From NCBI GenBank assembly GCA_963754655.1, contig CAVWGN010000001.1:1664001-1728000 (forward strand): a stretch of DNA of 64,000 nucleotides, written 5' to 3'. Source of the stretch: an uncultured Chlamydiae bacterium. GTDB taxonomy: Bacteria; Chlamydiota; Chlamydiia; Chlamydiales; Parachlamydiaceae. The notes below the pieces were generated by a model that made no database searches, was not told the DNA's origin, and saw only the letters and a program-made list of their open reading frames with translations. Made by a program: the position numbers and the translations under genes. This document shows, piece by piece, positions 62,210 through 64,000 of the stretch (within the stretch, counting starts at the first letter, position 1; every line of letters starts with the position of its first letter).

Positions 62210-62545
62210 CTATCTCCATGAAGATTCTTGTAAAAGGATTTGCGGACTATTTATCTTCGTTTAATCTTAACAAAAACAGCAATATGGCTTCTAGGATAAA
62301 TATGTTTGTAAAATATTATTAATAAACCTAACAAGTGCTTTTGATGTCTGATAATATTAAAAAAAGAACATCCCCTTCATGTCTGATAATAAAATCAAAT
62401 GCTTTTCAAAAAAATTTTCTTTACGATTATAAGCCTCGATTTAGATCGCGTTAATTTATAACAATCACTTTTGTTAGTTTTAAAAAAATTTAAAAAGTTA
62501 AGTATAAAAATTAAATATATGTATACATAAACAAAAGTTAATTAA

Positions 62546-62724
62546 AGACAGCACGAGGCACAAACATCTGTCATCTCCCCCTTAAAAAATTTCGCAATCT
62601 TCGTGATAAAAAAGTTTTTATTCAAGTTACTCAGTATTTTGGATCCTCTGTTTTTGATATAGATTAAAGCCTTAAAAAAGATCAAGAGATTATCTTAGCT
62701 GTCCAGGATTGTCTAAGTTTTTAG
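62546..62724 (+). pseudogene. Collapsed F-box/DUF4116 gene remnant with no repeats
   Basis: The pre-repeat segment is joined directly to the terminal KKDQEI...DCLSF segment and the conserved 3' tail. Confidence 0.8.
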
Positions 62725-62864
62725 ATATTTTCGATCTCAAAACATTCGTCATTAAAAACCAATTTTTTGTTTTTTTAATTTTCAACAAAATTAAATATAT
62801 AAATATTTACATAAATAAAATCATTTGATACAATATTAAAAAAACAAATTATTAAAAGGAAACT

Positions 62865-64000
62865 ATGCAAATTAATAACATTCCTTCACAAACAACGCCA
62901 AATCATTTGGAAGAATCCTTATTAAATACCCTTATTCCTAATGAGATATTAGAAATTGTTTTTGATCAGATTGTCAATCAAAAGAGCAAACCTTTATCTG
63001 ATATTTCTTCTATTTTACTCACGTGTAAAAGATGGGAAAATGTTCTTAAGGCAAATCCTTGCATCTCATTAGTGCAGACTCTTTTTCAAATTATACACAG
63101 GCGTCGATTCCTTATTACGCCTCCCAAGGAGTATATCCTAACTGACCAAAAGAAGGAATTTACCTCTCAAGAACTTAAATTGATTGATCAAGCCAATAAA
63201 GAAGAAAAAACATTTGAAGAATTATTAATGGTTGATTCAGAATTATTTCACCCCAAAAGTATATTTCTTCCTCTTTTGAATCGCTATTTATGGGATCCTG
63301 AGGTTTGCAAAAAGAGCGCTAATAAACACATTAGGATGATTGCTGAAAATCAATTGTCTATTTTAAACTCTCTTATCTCAGGCACTGATGAAGAGAGATT
63401 AACCGTTATCAAAAATGACTTTATCGAAAAATTTTACCAAGGCGGTAAAGTTAAGGAAAGACAGCAGGAGGTACAAACATGTGTCATTTCTGCTCTTAAT
63501 AAATTTCGCCATCTTGATGATAAAAAAGTTTTTATTCAAGTTGCTCACTATTTTGGGCGCGCTATTTTTGATATAGATGAAAGCTTTAACAAAGATCGCG
63601 AAATTGTTTTGTCTCTCGTTCAGAAAGATGGCAGAGCTCTTAAATATGCAGATGAAAGCCTTAGAAAAGATCGAGACATTGTCTTGGCGGCCGTTAAGGA
63701 AAATGGCAATGCTCTTTTATACGCAGATAAAAGTCTTACAAAAGATCGGGAAGTTGTCCTGGCGGCCGTTCAGCGAACTGGCTATGCTCTTTCCTATACA
63801 GATAAAAGCCTTAGAAAAGATCGAGAAGTTGTCTTGGCGGCCGTTAAACAATATGGCTGCGTTATTGAATATGCAGATGAAAGCCTTAGAAAAGATCGAG
63901 ATATTGCCTTGGCGGCCGTTCAGCAAGATGGCAATGCTCTTCAATATGTAGATAAAAGCCTTAGAAAAGATCGAGACATTGTCTTGGCGGCCGTTAAGAA
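62865..64000 (+). CDS. F-box-like + DUF4116 repeat protein (member 5; runs off the window end)
   Basis: ATG at 62865, MQINNIPSQTTPNHLEESLLNTLIPNEIL...; absent from the ORF track, consistent with no stop before the window end. Confidence 0.85.
   Translation, partial: MQINNIPSQTTPNHLEESLLNTLIPNEILEIVFDQIVNQKSKPLSDISSILLTCKRWENVLKANPCISLVQTLFQIIHRRRFLITPPKEYILTDQKKEFTSQELKLIDQANKEEKTFEELLMVDSELFHPKSIFLPLLNRYLWDPEVCKKSANKHIRMIAENQLSILNSLISGTDEERLTVIKNDFIEKFYQGGKVKERQQEVQTCVISALNKFRHLDDKKVFIQVAHYFGRAIFDIDESFNKDREIVLSLVQKDGRALKYADESLRKDRDIVLAAVKENGNALLYADKSLTKDREVVLAAVQRTGYALSYTDKSLRKDREVVLAAVKQYGCVIEYADESLRKDRDIALAAVQQDGNALQYVDKSLRKDRDIVLAAVK

Noticed and set aside
55766..64000. Diversity-generating retroelement acting on the repeat genes
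   Set aside because: No reverse transcriptase in the window, and differences are not confined to adenines; recombination explains the pattern.
1..64000. tRNA/rRNA genes or an integron integrase
   Set aside because: None recognised by eye; no tyrosine recombinase ORF is present, so any Xer activity would have to act in trans.

Overview
AT-rich bacterial chromosome window. Gene content (F-box + repeat proteins, TPR solenoids with N-terminal Ser-rich leaders, LemA/HtpX, a SNF2-like protein) suggests an amoeba-associated environmental chlamydia such as Parachlamydiaceae; this is an inference. The left half (1-32.4 kb) is mostly intact genes: DUF2937/DUF2878 membrane proteins, a TsdA-like cytochrome plus arylsulfatase, GT2, a geranylgeranyl-reductase-like enzyme, HtpX/LemA and a BON protein. 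It also holds candidate host effectors: an F-box/DUF4116 protein, two NLS-bearing 36-aa TPR solenoids with hypervariable groove residues, and an NLS-bearing SNF2 ATPase. A complete 28-bp dif-like XerC/D site lies at 32783-32810. To its right is about 30 kb of mosaic accessory DNA: Cro-like HTH modules, IS5, IS607/TnpB, YafQ and two AbiE toxin-antitoxin loci, Fic and AAA pseudogenes, KatE, and a mosaic tandem array of F-box/DUF4116 genes. This stretch is punctuated by 10 same-strand, all-intergenic copies of the dif XerC arm GTCTGATAA. The window also contains nested palindromic MITE/REP composites with visible target-site duplications. Best candidates for undescribed systems: (1) a Xer-site-delimited cassette region next to dif; (2) nucleus-targeted TPR solenoids with repeat-variable residues; (3) a recombination-diversified F-box/DUF4116 adaptor array. 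All calls come from reading the sequence by eye; no database searches were run.
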